Shown: in pieces, positions 8,626 through 17,367 of the stretch
Position numbering within the stretch: position 1 is the first letter of the stretch
How the letters are laid out: every line of letters begins with the position of its first letter
Origin: a virus
Taxonomy: Duplodnaviria > Caudoviricetes
Reading direction: 5' to 3' (one strand)
Virus record (IMG/VR): IMGVR_UViG_3300048881_000429
Location: 1 to 31,214 of that record
DNA length: 31,214 bases
Program-made: the position numbers and the translations under genes
Notes under the pieces: model-generated
The model's input: the letters and a program-made list of their open reading frames with translations, nothing else
Told to the model about the DNA's origin: nothing
The model's database searches: none

Positions 8626-8954
8626 AAACTGGCACCCAGGTTAATTGGCCCAAAATCCGTGTCGGCGGTTATGTAATATTTTTCTAAATCCACGCTGGTT
8701 ATGTCACTGCTACCAGGTAAAACCCTTGGGTCTGCTTCTACTAAAATTCGTAACTTATTTAGCATGATGGCGCGCTGGCTTTTGCTGCGCTCACCTATTA
8801 ATTTTTCTAACAAACCGCTTTCACGTATGGCGTGCCTAATGTCCTGGTCGATCACATCACGGTCATAAATGTAAACAGGCTGGCCAAACTCGTTAAGTTC
8901 TAAATCATCGTTTGTTATTTTTAAATCAACATACGTGGGGGTTAAATTATCCAC
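8622..8954 (-). CDS. Baseplate wedge protein (DUF2590-like, gpW slot)
   Basis: YVDLKI, I.QDI.HAI.ESGL...LIGERS, VEADPRVLPG motifs; follows the tape measure gene. Confidence 0.85.
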   Translation of the reverse strand: MDNLTPTYVDLKITNDDLELNEFGQPVYIYDRDVIDQDIRHAIRESGLLEKLIGERSKSQRAIMLNKLRILVEADPRVLPGSSDITSVDLEKYYITADTDFGPINLGASL

Positions 8955-10686
8955 CTTGCATGGCTCCCCATTCTTCCATTGCTTCTGGGCTTAGCCCGCC
9001 CTCTGCGTTTATGGTTACATCACCAAAGTTAACGCCACCACCTTGCATGGCCGCTGCAATTTGACTGGCCAAGCCTGGGCCATTGTCTTGTGTGTTATTA
9101 ATTGGGTTAACCGCTGCAATGTTTTGGTTTTGATTTACGTCAACCTCGCCGCTTACATCACCAAAACCAAATAAACTCTTAAGGCTTTCAAACTTGCTGG
9201 TTAATGTGTCTAACCAGCCTAATATTTCTTTGCCCCATTCTATGTTTTTAAATAAGTCGGCCAGCTTTCCCCACCAACCAAACAAACTGCCCACCGCTGC
9301 GATCAAAGCAACAATGGCCAACGTAATCACCGCCACTGGGTTTAACATCATGGCCACGTTTAAAAGCACCATGGCCACTTTTGCAGCCCCTAGCACACCG
9401 TTTAATAAAATGATTGAGCCTTTAAGCGCAAGCGTGGCCATACCAAAGGCGGCCATTGCGGTTTTGCCTAAACCCAAAATAATTGAAAACAAACCCGTGG
9501 CCGCGCTCATGCCTAAAATGCCCAGGGTTAACAGCCCCACCCATTTTGTTATGTTGGGAAACTCTTGTGTCCAACCCGTTAGGGTTTGCAAACCACCACC
9601 CAGGGTTTCTAATAAATCGTTAATGGTGGGCATTAGAGCCGTGCCAAAACTTATGCGCACCGCTTCGGTTACGGATTGGAATTTTTCCCAGGGGTCCACC
9701 ATGGCCTTGGCCATAACTTCGGCGTTTTTCATGCCGTTAATATTGCCCAGGGCGTCCATGCTTTTACCCAAGCCTTTTGTTTTGCCCATTAATAGTTTTA
9801 TAAGACTTACAGCTTCCTGGCTGCCAAAGGCTTTTTTAAGCTCTAGCCCTTCCATTTCGTCAAAGGTAGAACCAAATTTACCTTTCAACTTATCCATGAT
9901 GGTTAGCATGGGTAACAAGCGGCCCTGGCTATCGGTAAACGTTAAACCTAATTTATCTTGCGCACCGGCCACACCTGCCAAAAAGGCTTTGTATTTTGTG
10001 CCCGCTTCACTGCCAGACATAGTGGCTTGCAAGGTACCTAGAATGGCCATCTGTTCGTTTATGGCCACACCACTGGCCGTGGCATTAGCACCAATAGAAG
10101 TAAACGCCGCACTCATTTGTGCGCCGTCTGTTTTGAACATTTGCACAGCCAAAGCCGTTTGGCCGGTTAGCTGCTCAACCCATTTGGCTTTTCCCATGGC
10201 GTTTGCCTGGGTTTCAAAAATGCCAAACATGGTGCCCATGTAATTTGTAATTGTGGCCGCATCGGCTTTGGTGCCTTTGGCCAAAATGTTTGAAGCATTT
10301 GTAAAAGTTGCCAGCTCACCATTATTTAAACCGCCAATGGCGCTTTGTATGTCGTAACTGGATTTTATAAAGTCGGCGGCGCTTTCACCGTATGCCGTAG
10401 AAAACTTTAAACTTTCTTTGGTTAGGGTTTTTATTTCGCTTTCAATGACGCCCAGACTTCGCACCTGGCCTAACGCCTCTTCCACATCGTAAACAGGCTG
10501 CATAAAGGTTTTAATGGCAATGCCAGCACCGGCTAAACCAAACGCCCCACCGCGAATAGCATCAAAACCACTGGTGGCGTTTTGCTTCATGCCATTTATG
10601 GTTTTATTAATGCTGGCCGCTGGCGCGCTTACCATGTCGGTAACGCCAATGGTGAACATTAATTTTTCTAGGGCGCTGGTGCTCAT
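8947..10686 (-). CDS. Tail tape measure protein
   Basis: 579 aa, Ala/Gly-rich, SSYDIQSAI and LQATMSGSEAGTKYKAF motifs, hydrophobic C-terminal helices. Confidence 0.93.
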   Translation of the reverse strand: MSTSALEKLMFTIGVTDMVSAPAASINKTINGMKQNATSGFDAIRGGAFGLAGAGIAIKTFMQPVYDVEEALGQVRSLGVIESEIKTLTKESLKFSTAYGESAADFIKSSYDIQSAIGGLNNGELATFTNASNILAKGTKADAATITNYMGTMFGIFETQANAMGKAKWVEQLTGQTALAVQMFKTDGAQMSAAFTSIGANATASGVAINEQMAILGTLQATMSGSEAGTKYKAFLAGVAGAQDKLGLTFTDSQGRLLPMLTIMDKLKGKFGSTFDEMEGLELKKAFGSQEAVSLIKLLMGKTKGLGKSMDALGNINGMKNAEVMAKAMVDPWEKFQSVTEAVRISFGTALMPTINDLLETLGGGLQTLTGWTQEFPNITKWVGLLTLGILGMSAATGLFSIILGLGKTAMAAFGMATLALKGSIILLNGVLGAAKVAMVLLNVAMMLNPVAVITLAIVALIAAVGSLFGWWGKLADLFKNIEWGKEILGWLDTLTSKFESLKSLFGFGDVSGEVDVNQNQNIAAVNPINNTQDNGPGLASQIAAAMQGGGVNFGDVTINAEGGLSPEAMEEWGAMQGG

Positions 10687-10880
10687 TCTTTGCCTTTAAA
10701 TGCTTTGGCTACGCCGCTTTGTACGGCCTGCTCAAATTTTGTGATTAGCTCCTGGTAAAACCAGGAAGCCTCCCCCATGGTTTGGGGGCTTGGGTCTGAG
10801 TCACCAAAAAACAATTTGGCCAACGTTGTTACCTTGGCCAAGTCATTGTTTTTTAATCCCTCACAAACCCTGTTTATTTC
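10683..10880 (-). CDS. Tail chaperone C-terminal extension (probable -1 frameshift product; absent from the ORF track)
   Basis: The -1 frame reads EINRVCEGLKNNDLAKVTTLAKLFFGDSDPSPQTMGEASWFYQELITKFEQAVQSGVAKAFKGKE* and its TGA overlaps the tape measure ATG. Confidence 0.7.
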   Translation of the reverse strand, partial: EINRVCEGLKNNDLAKVTTLAKLFFGDSDPSPQTMGEASWFYQELITKFEQAVQSGVAKAFKGKE

Positions 10881-11143
10881 TTTACGGTTAATTTGATCTC
10901 TGGCTTAAACTCCGCCGCCACAAGAGACGCAAGCTCAATGCTTAACCCTTTGTCGCACAAATCAATAAGCGCCTCTTCCTGGCCCTTTTTAATGCACGAT
11001 GTTAAGAAGTTTTCAGACGGGGCCACTTTATTTTGTGGCAAAAAATCATTCTGAAATTTATTAAACGGGCCAATGCCCACGTCAAAATTTAATTCAGTTT
11101 CACCGGCTTGAATGGTTACTTTCTTTTTAGCTGTATCAGCCAT
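10874..11143 (-). CDS. Tail assembly chaperone
   Basis: NKFQND..PQNKVAPSENFL and P.IKLTVKK motifs; start placed at MADTAKK (ATG 11143). Confidence 0.85.
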   Translation of the reverse strand: MADTAKKKVTIQAGETELNFDVGIGPFNKFQNDFLPQNKVAPSENFLTSCIKKGQEEALIDLCDKGLSIELASLVAAEFKPEIKLTVKK

Positions 11144-11154
11144 GGTTAACTTTC

Positions 11155-11412
11155 CTATTTGTGTATTGCGTCTGTGAAGCCTGCCCACAACATGGAACAA
11201 CCCCCAACAATGAATAAGCCAATTAAAACTAACTTGGCGTGCTTGGTTACGGTTTCGCTTGCCTCGCGTTGTTTACGGGCAAACGCAAAATCCTTTTGCA
11301 CTTCTATGGGTTCATCAATATTCAAACCCAACTTCAAAAGTGCGTTGTTAGTGCCTTTTTCGGCGCTGGCTTCAATGGCCGCTTTGATCTCGTTTAGCTC
11401 TTCGGTCTTCAT
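11155..11412 (-). CDS. Small membrane protein in the lysis region (single C-terminal transmembrane helix)
   Basis: 85 aa, helical N-terminus, hydrophobic LVLIGLFIVGGCSMLWAGF segment. Confidence 0.6.
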   Translation of the reverse strand: MKTEELNEIKAAIEASAEKGTNNALLKLGLNIDEPIEVQKDFAFARKQREASETVTKHAKLVLIGLFIVGGCSMLWAGFTDAIHK

Positions 11413-11689
11413 AAGCCACCGCCTTTAGCAAGCCCCGTGATTCAAAGTCTTTTAAAATATCCGTAACCGTGGACTGGTAAATATTGTTTGTACTTAACGT
11501 GGCTAACCACTTCAAACAACCGGCCACCACTCGCGTTAATAAACGCTCAAAAATAATGCGCCAACCAATCTGGCCAAGCATAGCCAGCAAAATGTCACCG
11601 CCTAATTTAAGCACCACACCAGGGCCACCCAACAAAAGCGATTTAAGCGAACCACCTAAAAACAAAGATTTAAGCCACTGCATTTTCAT
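11372..11689 (-). CDS. Putative lysis membrane protein (holin-like or amphipathic), Met-Lys-Met start
   Basis: GGAG-TA-ATG-AAA-ATG start, hydrophobic/amphipathic N-terminal two-thirds, charged C-terminus; overlaps the endolysin 3' end. Confidence 0.55.
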   Translation of the reverse strand: MKMQWLKSLFLGGSLKSLLLGGPGVVLKLGGDILLAMLGQIGWRIIFERLLTRVVAGCLKWLATLSTNNIYQSTVTDILKDFESRGLLKAVAYEDRRAKRDQSGH

Positions 11690-12137
11690 TACTCCAAACA
11701 TAGGTTTTAAAATCGTTTAAGTACTTGTCAGCACTGGCCGCGCCTTGCTCAGTGTTCCAATATTTTTTGGCATACTGGGCTAAGCCTTCCAGGTCGTCTG
11801 GCTCTGGCAATGGCTCTGGGAACGACCATAAATAAACACGGGCCATGGCCGCTGCAAATTCCACATCAATCACCAGGCGTTCAAGCGGTGTGTTTAAATT
11901 CACCGCTGGGAACGTGCCTTTTCGTTTTATGTAACCCATTACAAAATCAAAGGTGGCTGGCTCCATTTGGAATAAACCCAAAGCAGGGCCGCCCTTTTGC
12001 TTGCAGTAGGTAAAACCGCCGCTTTCATGGGCTGCGATCATTAACAACAAACGCACCACACTTTCACTTTGTGGCAAGTTAAAACGCTCTAGCGCACGTT
12101 CAATGGCTGTGCGTATGGTTAGGCCAAGTTTTGTCAT
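11670..12137 (-). CDS. Endolysin, lysozyme/lytic transglycosylase fold
   Basis: IAAHES (candidate catalytic Glu) and GPALGLFQMEPAT motifs; lysis slot between tail tube and chaperone. Confidence 0.75.
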   Translation of the reverse strand: MTKLGLTIRTAIERALERFNLPQSESVVRLLLMIAAHESGGFTYCKQKGGPALGLFQMEPATFDFVMGYIKRKGTFPAVNLNTPLERLVIDVEFAAAMARVYLWSFPEPLPEPDDLEGLAQYAKKYWNTEQGAASADKYLNDFKTYVWSNENAVA

Positions 12138-12159
12138 ATTTTTATTTACCTGGTTAAAA

Positions 12160-12621
12160 TTAAATTAAGCTGAATTCTGAACTGTCGGCATAAGGCACGC
12201 CGTTAATCCAAACAAAGTCAGGGCTGGTTACATCGTATTCAACTTCTACGGTGCTTTTATCTGTGCTTTTTGGGTCAACGTTTAACACGCTGGCCAAGCG
12301 CAATTTGCAACCGTGGGCGTGTACTTGCATTCCCTCTTTACCCCGTGCGCCTTCACCCATGGCAAACGCATCAATTGGAAAAGGTGGTAATTTATCCCAA
12401 GAACCCGCCGCCGCTGCTGCTGCGCTTAACAACATAAAATTAGAAATATCTAATTCCATTTTGCCGCTGGCTTTCTTTTCACCTGGAATGGTGCCGTTTG
12501 GTAAAATGCCATCCATTGCCGGTGCGCTGCTGTCTTCAATGCCCAGCGTAAAGCTTTCAAAATGGACTTTGATTAAACCCAGGCGCACATCAAAGGCGCT
12601 GCCACTAATTCGATTCATCAT
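12160..12621 (-). CDS. Tail tube protein (DUF2597-like)
   Basis: RISG..FD N-terminus and YDVTSPDFVWINGVPY C-terminus; follows the sheath gene. Confidence 0.9.
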   Translation of the reverse strand: MMNRISGSAFDVRLGLIKVHFESFTLGIEDSSAPAMDGILPNGTIPGEKKASGKMELDISNFMLLSAAAAAAGSWDKLPPFPIDAFAMGEGARGKEGMQVHAHGCKLRLASVLNVDPKSTDKSTVEVEYDVTSPDFVWINGVPYADSSEFSLI

Positions 12622-12634
12622 AATTTTTTAACTC

Positions 12635-13765
12635 CTATGCCAAGCGGTTAAGGTCAAGGCTAATGTGTACGCCGATTTTTTTAGGGGAATCACCAGGGGC
12701 GGCTTTCATATAAATTTCAACCTCCGTGGTATTTACCCAACTAATAACAATGTCACCCTTTTGCGGGGTTTTAACCAAGCCAGGCTTTGGTTCATCGTTA
12801 ATGGTGAAACTTTTAGCCGCTGTAAAAATTGGCTGCATAAAAAAGTTTTCGTGGTAGCTAATAGAGCTGGGCGAACTGTTAAGGCTTTTGTCTGCAATTT
12901 TTGAAATTGCTTTTAAACGCACACGGCGGGTAATGTAATCAAGCACACGCAAATTTTCGTATACTTTAAAATCACCAATGGCCACATCTAAGCTGGAATG
13001 ATCCGCCCAGTATGTGCCCTCTAAACCTGTGTAGGTTTGCGGCACACTAAAACGGTTATCAGCTAAATCTTTTAAGTGCGCCATGGTTAGCGATAAACCG
13101 GCGCTATCTACTGGGGCCGCACCTAAGCCAACCACCGCACCCGATAAAACACGCATAGGGCTATCACCCAGGCTAAACGCATCATTAATCAAACGACCTA
13201 CCACCACGCCTAGGTTGTTACCGTGTAACTGTGGCACCAGGTAAACACGGTGTGCGGCTTTATCGGTTTGCAATGCTTTGGTGGCGCTTGCATACGCCGC
13301 CCAGGTTTGCGAACCATCGTTACCGGCCACCGCCGCGTGAATGGTTATGTATTTGGCATACACGTTTTGTGCGGCCACACACGCGCCATGGTATAAATCA
13401 ACATCATTGGCGCTGGCCATTTCATCGGTTAACACAACCAGTTCAACGTCAATGTCGTTAGGGGCGTCTAGTGCAAACTCTAACGCTGTGTCCCAGGTGT
13501 ACGCGCCGCCGGTTGCTTTAGTTGGGATAACATAACCCGTAAAGTTTGGCCCAGCGTTTAACATGGTGGCTTCAATGTTGGTTTTTAGGGCGCTGTCTTC
13601 TGTGCCTAAAATGGCGTCTAAATCGGTTTGGGCATTGATTGAATGCACTAAATCAAACTGTGCGCTTGCGCCACCTTCACCAATAAATAAAACCTTTCGT
13701 TCAACGGCGGTAATGCCACCGCTTAACGTGTTGTCCTGGCTAATGAGTACCTGACCTGTTGCCAT
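12635..13765 (-). CDS. Tail sheath protein (DUF2586-like)
   Basis: VER..LFIG, VPQLHGNNLGVVVGRL, DSPMRV.SG, RFSVP..Y....G.YWAD motifs. Confidence 0.9.
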   Translation of the reverse strand: MATGQVLISQDNTLSGGITAVERKVLFIGEGGASAQFDLVHSINAQTDLDAILGTEDSALKTNIEATMLNAGPNFTGYVIPTKATGGAYTWDTALEFALDAPNDIDVELVVLTDEMASANDVDLYHGACVAAQNVYAKYITIHAAVAGNDGSQTWAAYASATKALQTDKAAHRVYLVPQLHGNNLGVVVGRLINDAFSLGDSPMRVLSGAVVGLGAAPVDSAGLSLTMAHLKDLADNRFSVPQTYTGLEGTYWADHSSLDVAIGDFKVYENLRVLDYITRRVRLKAISKIADKSLNSSPSSISYHENFFMQPIFTAAKSFTINDEPKPGLVKTPQKGDIVISWVNTTEVEIYMKAAPGDSPKKIGVHISLDLNRLA

Positions 13766-13777
13766 GGTGTTTCCCTC

Positions 13778-14458
13778 TTAACGGGCGGTTTTTACGCCGC
13801 TTAATATTTCGTTTATAAATCCGTCACCCAGGGTTTTTATTTCCCTGTGGTTTAATCCAAAAAATGGGCGTGCTGGTGTTTCTACTTGCCAACTGCTAGC
13901 CGCTTTTTTATCTAACAACATGCGCAGAACCAAACCCGCTTGGCCTAATGTCATATTGTCTTTAATCCATGCCTGGCTAACTCGTCTGGTTTTTGCATGG
14001 CCCTTACTTTTGCCGCTTTTATATTTGCCTTTGTTTAATTTAAAACCGGCTTTAATCAATGCCTTTGCCTGTTGTGTTGTGGCTGGCTCGTCATAATCAG
14101 GGCGGCCATTACGCCTTTGCATTTTGTCGGCGTTGTATTGTTCTTTGTGGCCTTCTTGCTGTGCGCGGGCAATTTTCCCCGTTAGGGTATTTGGCCAGGT
14201 TACTTTTGCTGTGTTTGGCCCCGCATACACTTTTAAATTTTTACCACGGGCCAGTTTTGTTAAAACCCGTTTGCCACTTTTACTGGCCTTAAATGCTTGG
14301 CCATCAACGGTGCGTTGCTGCTTTATGTTTTGCCTGGCTGATTTGATAACCTGGCGGCCCATTTTGCGGTGCCATTGCTTGCGCTTATTAGCCGGTAAAT
14401 TTAACGCGGCTATTTGCTTTAATAATGAAGCACCGCCATTTTGTTTAATCGTAATCAT
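13778..14458 (-). CDS. Virion morphogenesis / tail completion protein (P2 gpS-like)
   Basis: Basic protein with R.NIKQQRTVDG..F, IARAQQEG and PARPFFG motifs. Confidence 0.8.
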   Translation of the reverse strand: MITIKQNGGASLLKQIAALNLPANKRKQWHRKMGRQVIKSARQNIKQQRTVDGQAFKASKSGKRVLTKLARGKNLKVYAGPNTAKVTWPNTLTGKIARAQQEGHKEQYNADKMQRRNGRPDYDEPATTQQAKALIKAGFKLNKGKYKSGKSKGHAKTRRVSQAWIKDNMTLGQAGLVLRMLLDKKAASSWQVETPARPFFGLNHREIKTLGDGFINEILSGVKTAR

Positions 14459-14916
14459 TAGACTGTGGCATTAATGGGGGCCAAGGTGCCCGCCACATTT
14501 AACGAGTGCTCACCAAAGCCCCATTTTTTACCGTCATGCTCAATAGGGCTGTTTTGTACTTCCACCAGGTACACCGCTTCGCGCACACCAAAGGTAATTT
14601 CTATGTCTAAACTTTTGCCCTGGTTGTGTGGCCCAAATTCAATATCTAAACCGGCCAAGCCTTCACGATCACCCAGGCCATTTACAAACTGGTGGCAAAG
14701 CAGGCTAAGTAATGCCAGTGATTCATTTGGTAAGTTTTCAATAATTAGCGCCTGTCTATATTCAAAATCTAAGTAATGAAAACCCTGGTCTGTTTCTTTG
14801 TTGCTGCCTGGTTTAATTTGGCCGCCTTCCCCTAATAGCTCTATTTGGTTTTTTCTTATGTCGAGTAGTTTTCTATTATCTTCAATCACACATTCAAAGG
14901 CGGTTTGGGTTTTCAT
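14458..14916 (-). CDS. Tail completion protein (P2 gpR-like)
   Basis: 152 aa between the L-like and S-like genes; C-terminal E.VYLVE....PI...GKKW. Confidence 0.65.
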   Translation of the reverse strand: MKTQTAFECVIEDNRKLLDIRKNQIELLGEGGQIKPGSNKETDQGFHYLDFEYRQALIIENLPNESLALLSLLCHQFVNGLGDREGLAGLDIEFGPHNQGKSLDIEITFGVREAVYLVEVQNSPIEHDGKKWGFGEHSLNVAGTLAPINATV

Positions 14917-15386
14917 ATTAAATGCACACCAATGGCCGGTTTGTTTTGAATGTACGCTACCGCTTTGCTGGCCATACGTTCGTAATTATTAGACAAGTTA
15001 GCCGCCTGGCTTGCGCTGTTTTCAGCGTCTGGCTTTCGGTCCATGTCTATTTTGTCTTTTATTAATTCGGCTTTTGCTTTTGCATAAACCGCCCGCTTGT
15101 AATGGGCTACTTTTACATGCTTGCCACCAATTTGTGGGGCGGGTATATCGGCCAGGTTATTAAAACCATTGGCCTGTTGTTCTAACGCGTAATCCAAAAG
15201 GCTTTGGTTTACTTCGTCACACGCATAAATCAGTTTTTCAACTAATAGATCATCACTAAAACTTTTAGAAATAGAAAACAGTTCGCAAAATTCAAACAAG
15301 TTAACCGCAACAAACCAGGCATCATTTGCAATTGCATCTTGGCTGCGTTGTGTTTCGGTACTTGGTGAAAATCCCATGTTTGACAT
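14913..15386 (-). CDS. Head completion/stabilization protein (P2 gpL-like)
   Basis: IANDAWF, Y.RAVYA.AKAEL motifs and C-terminal VHLI. Confidence 0.85.
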   Translation of the reverse strand: MSNMGFSPSTETQRSQDAIANDAWFVAVNLFEFCELFSISKSFSDDLLVEKLIYACDEVNQSLLDYALEQQANGFNNLADIPAPQIGGKHVKVAHYKRAVYAKAKAELIKDKIDMDRKPDAENSASQAANLSNNYERMASKAVAYIQNKPAIGVHLI

Positions 15387-15416
15387 TTTTTAAAGCTCTA
15401 ATGATTTGCAATTAAA

Positions 15417-15479
15417 GTGTGGCCTTGGCCATGTCTGTTAATCTGTCTCACAAATCACAAACAACATGGCTAGGCCCAC
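15417..15479. promoter_or_regulatory. Long imperfect stem-loop between the M-like and L-like genes
   Basis: gtgtggccttggccatgtctgtt pairs imperfectly with aacaacatggctaggcccac; no adjacent U-tract. Confidence 0.5.
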
Positions 15480-15497
15480 CCAGGGGTTAGGGTTCTT

Positions 15498-16196
15498 TTA
15501 TTCGCCGCTTTCGGCTGTTAGTTTTTCAACGGCCTTGCGGGCTGTTTTTAACTTAATGTCTACTTTTGCTTTTGCCGGTTCGGCCTTGATAGCTAATTCA
15601 AAATATTTAACCGCGTTGGCCATGTCTTTTTCATCAAAGGCCATATTGCCTGCCAGCTTGTGAAATTTCATAACCACAACGGCTGGCAATTCATAATCAT
15701 TTAGCAAGTCGTAAAACTGCGTAAAATATGGGCTGTTGCTTTTGCCCTTTTTATGCTCGGCTTCGGACCAGGCTAAAACCTCATCAAACACAAATGTAAC
15801 TAATGGGCGCTTAAACGTTTTAACCATTTTCTGGTTTTGTTTTAACGCCACCAAACCCAAGCGGGTTGCGTCTGCAATGCGGCCCAGGTCAAACAACCAA
15901 AGCACCATGTAAACCAAAACAGGGTTGGCAAATTCTTTGCCCGCTTCTAAATAGGCTTCAATGTGGCCCATGTAACGTTCAACCAATGTTTTGCGCATTG
16001 CGTCGCGCTCTTGTTTTGGCTTAGCGTTTAATGCGGTTACATCACTTTCAACGGCGGCGGTTAACACTTCAAATTCGCTGTAATTTGTATCTGTGCTGGC
16101 ATCGGGTGCGGGGGCCGCTGCTGTGTTTTCTTTTACGGCTTTTACGGCCTGGTCTTTTCTGACCTTAGCCATGTGGCGTTGCATTGGTGAAGTCAT
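15498..16196 (-). CDS. Terminase small subunit (P2 gpM-like)
   Basis: MTSPMQRH start, MVLWLFDLG..A...ALKQNQ.M motif; follows the capsid gene. Confidence 0.88.
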   Translation of the reverse strand: MTSPMQRHMAKVRKDQAVKAVKENTAAAPAPDASTDTNYSEFEVLTAAVESDVTALNAKPKQERDAMRKTLVERYMGHIEAYLEAGKEFANPVLVYMVLWLFDLGRIADATRLGLVALKQNQKMVKTFKRPLVTFVFDEVLAWSEAEHKKGKSNSPYFTQFYDLLNDYELPAVVVMKFHKLAGNMAFDEKDMANAVKYFELAIKAEPAKAKVDIKLKTARKAVEKLTAESGE

Positions 16197-16255
16197 TTTG
16201 TTTTATTCCTGGTTCTGTTTAGTTCAATGCACAAAAACAACTTATGCACTCAAGT

Positions 16256-16289
16256 AAAAAGGGCGGGCCATTTTTTTAAGTGGCCCGCC
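16256..16289 (-). terminator. Intrinsic terminator/attenuator after the capsid gene
   Basis: GGCGGGCCA-N10-TGGCCCGCC followed by CTTTTT on the minus strand. Confidence 0.7.
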
Positions 16290-16308
16290 AAAGGCCGTTA
16301 ATTATTTG

Positions 16309-17307
16309 TTATACAAACACAACGTTGTCGGCTTCAATCGCTTTGATTGCTTCCAGGTTGCCAATTGCATAAGCATCGTTTGAACTCATGTAATCAACCA
16401 CACAAGAAAGCGCGCTTTCTTCTTTAGTTGAACGGCGGGTTTTACCTTCTTGGAAATACAAGTGCAGGTTTTTAAGGTCGGTTACAACCATGCCGTTTAC
16501 AGGGAAGCGGGGCACCTGAATTGCTGGCATACCACCATAGCTTTTGGCCATTAGGTGAATGTCTTTTTTCTCGCTTGGGGTTTCGCCATGGTCTGAATAG
16601 ACCTTGTTTGAATCATAAGCCGCTAAACCAGAACCAATGATCACAACTTCATTGCCGGTGCGGTGCTCAACTGGAATGGATTGCAGCAAGTCATTTGCTA
16701 AACCATCCACGCTTTTATAATCGCCGGTTGCACCAATGCGAATTTGGTTAGCGGTTGAACCTTCTGTTAGGTAGTTGGCAGGTTTACCAGTGCGTAACAA
16801 TTCCAACCAGCCAATGTTTACGTCTTGGCCAAGCGTGTTTGTTACTGGGTCGGTTGTGGCGGCGGCAGACGTACCATAAAAACCCACGGTAATGCGATCA
16901 AGCGCAATGGCGCTATAAACAAGCGGCATGTATTTATCCATCAAATCACCTAGGCGCGCCCATGCGTCTAGTGTTGAATAATCAATGGCCACGTCAAAGT
17001 TGGTTTGCTTGGTGTTCCACTTGGTGCCGTTAGGGCTGCCAAGTTTTTTGCCCTGGCGCGTGCCGGTTGTACGACCTGCCAAAATGCCACTAATACCTAG
17101 GCGCAATGCCTGGCCTTCACTATCGTCCACACCCATTACAGTGATTTTATTTAGAAAGTCATGGCTTTCTAAAATGGCGTCATTAAGTTTGGTTTCCATT
17201 GGGATAGAAACTTCAAAATTTTCTGTTACGTCACCGTCTGGCACCGCATAAGATGTGGCCATGGCCACTTGCATGGCTTTATATAAAAGCTTTGTTTTAT
17301 TTTTCAT
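16309..17307 (-). CDS. Major capsid protein (P2 gpN family)
   Basis: FL.KI....V, QTNFD..I.Y.TLDAWA, ALDRI.VGF.GTS.A.TTD, QDVNIGWL motifs. Confidence 0.95.
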   Translation of the reverse strand: MKNKTKLLYKAMQVAMATSYAVPDGDVTENFEVSIPMETKLNDAILESHDFLNKITVMGVDDSEGQALRLGISGILAGRTTGTRQGKKLGSPNGTKWNTKQTNFDVAIDYSTLDAWARLGDLMDKYMPLVYSAIALDRITVGFYGTSAAATTDPVTNTLGQDVNIGWLELLRTGKPANYLTEGSTANQIRIGATGDYKSVDGLANDLLQSIPVEHRTGNEVVIIGSGLAAYDSNKVYSDHGETPSEKKDIHLMAKSYGGMPAIQVPRFPVNGMVVTDLKNLHLYFQEGKTRRSTKEESALSCVVDYMSSNDAYAIGNLEAIKAIEADNVVFV

Positions 17308-17367
17308 TTAGTTTGCCCTTGTGTGCAAAGTTTAATGGTTTGTTTTTTTGTTTAAATTAATGGCTAA

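Noticed and set aside
9194-10243. 349-aa plus-strand ORF
   Set aside because: Antisense shadow of the tape measure gene, explained by codon bias; no motifs.
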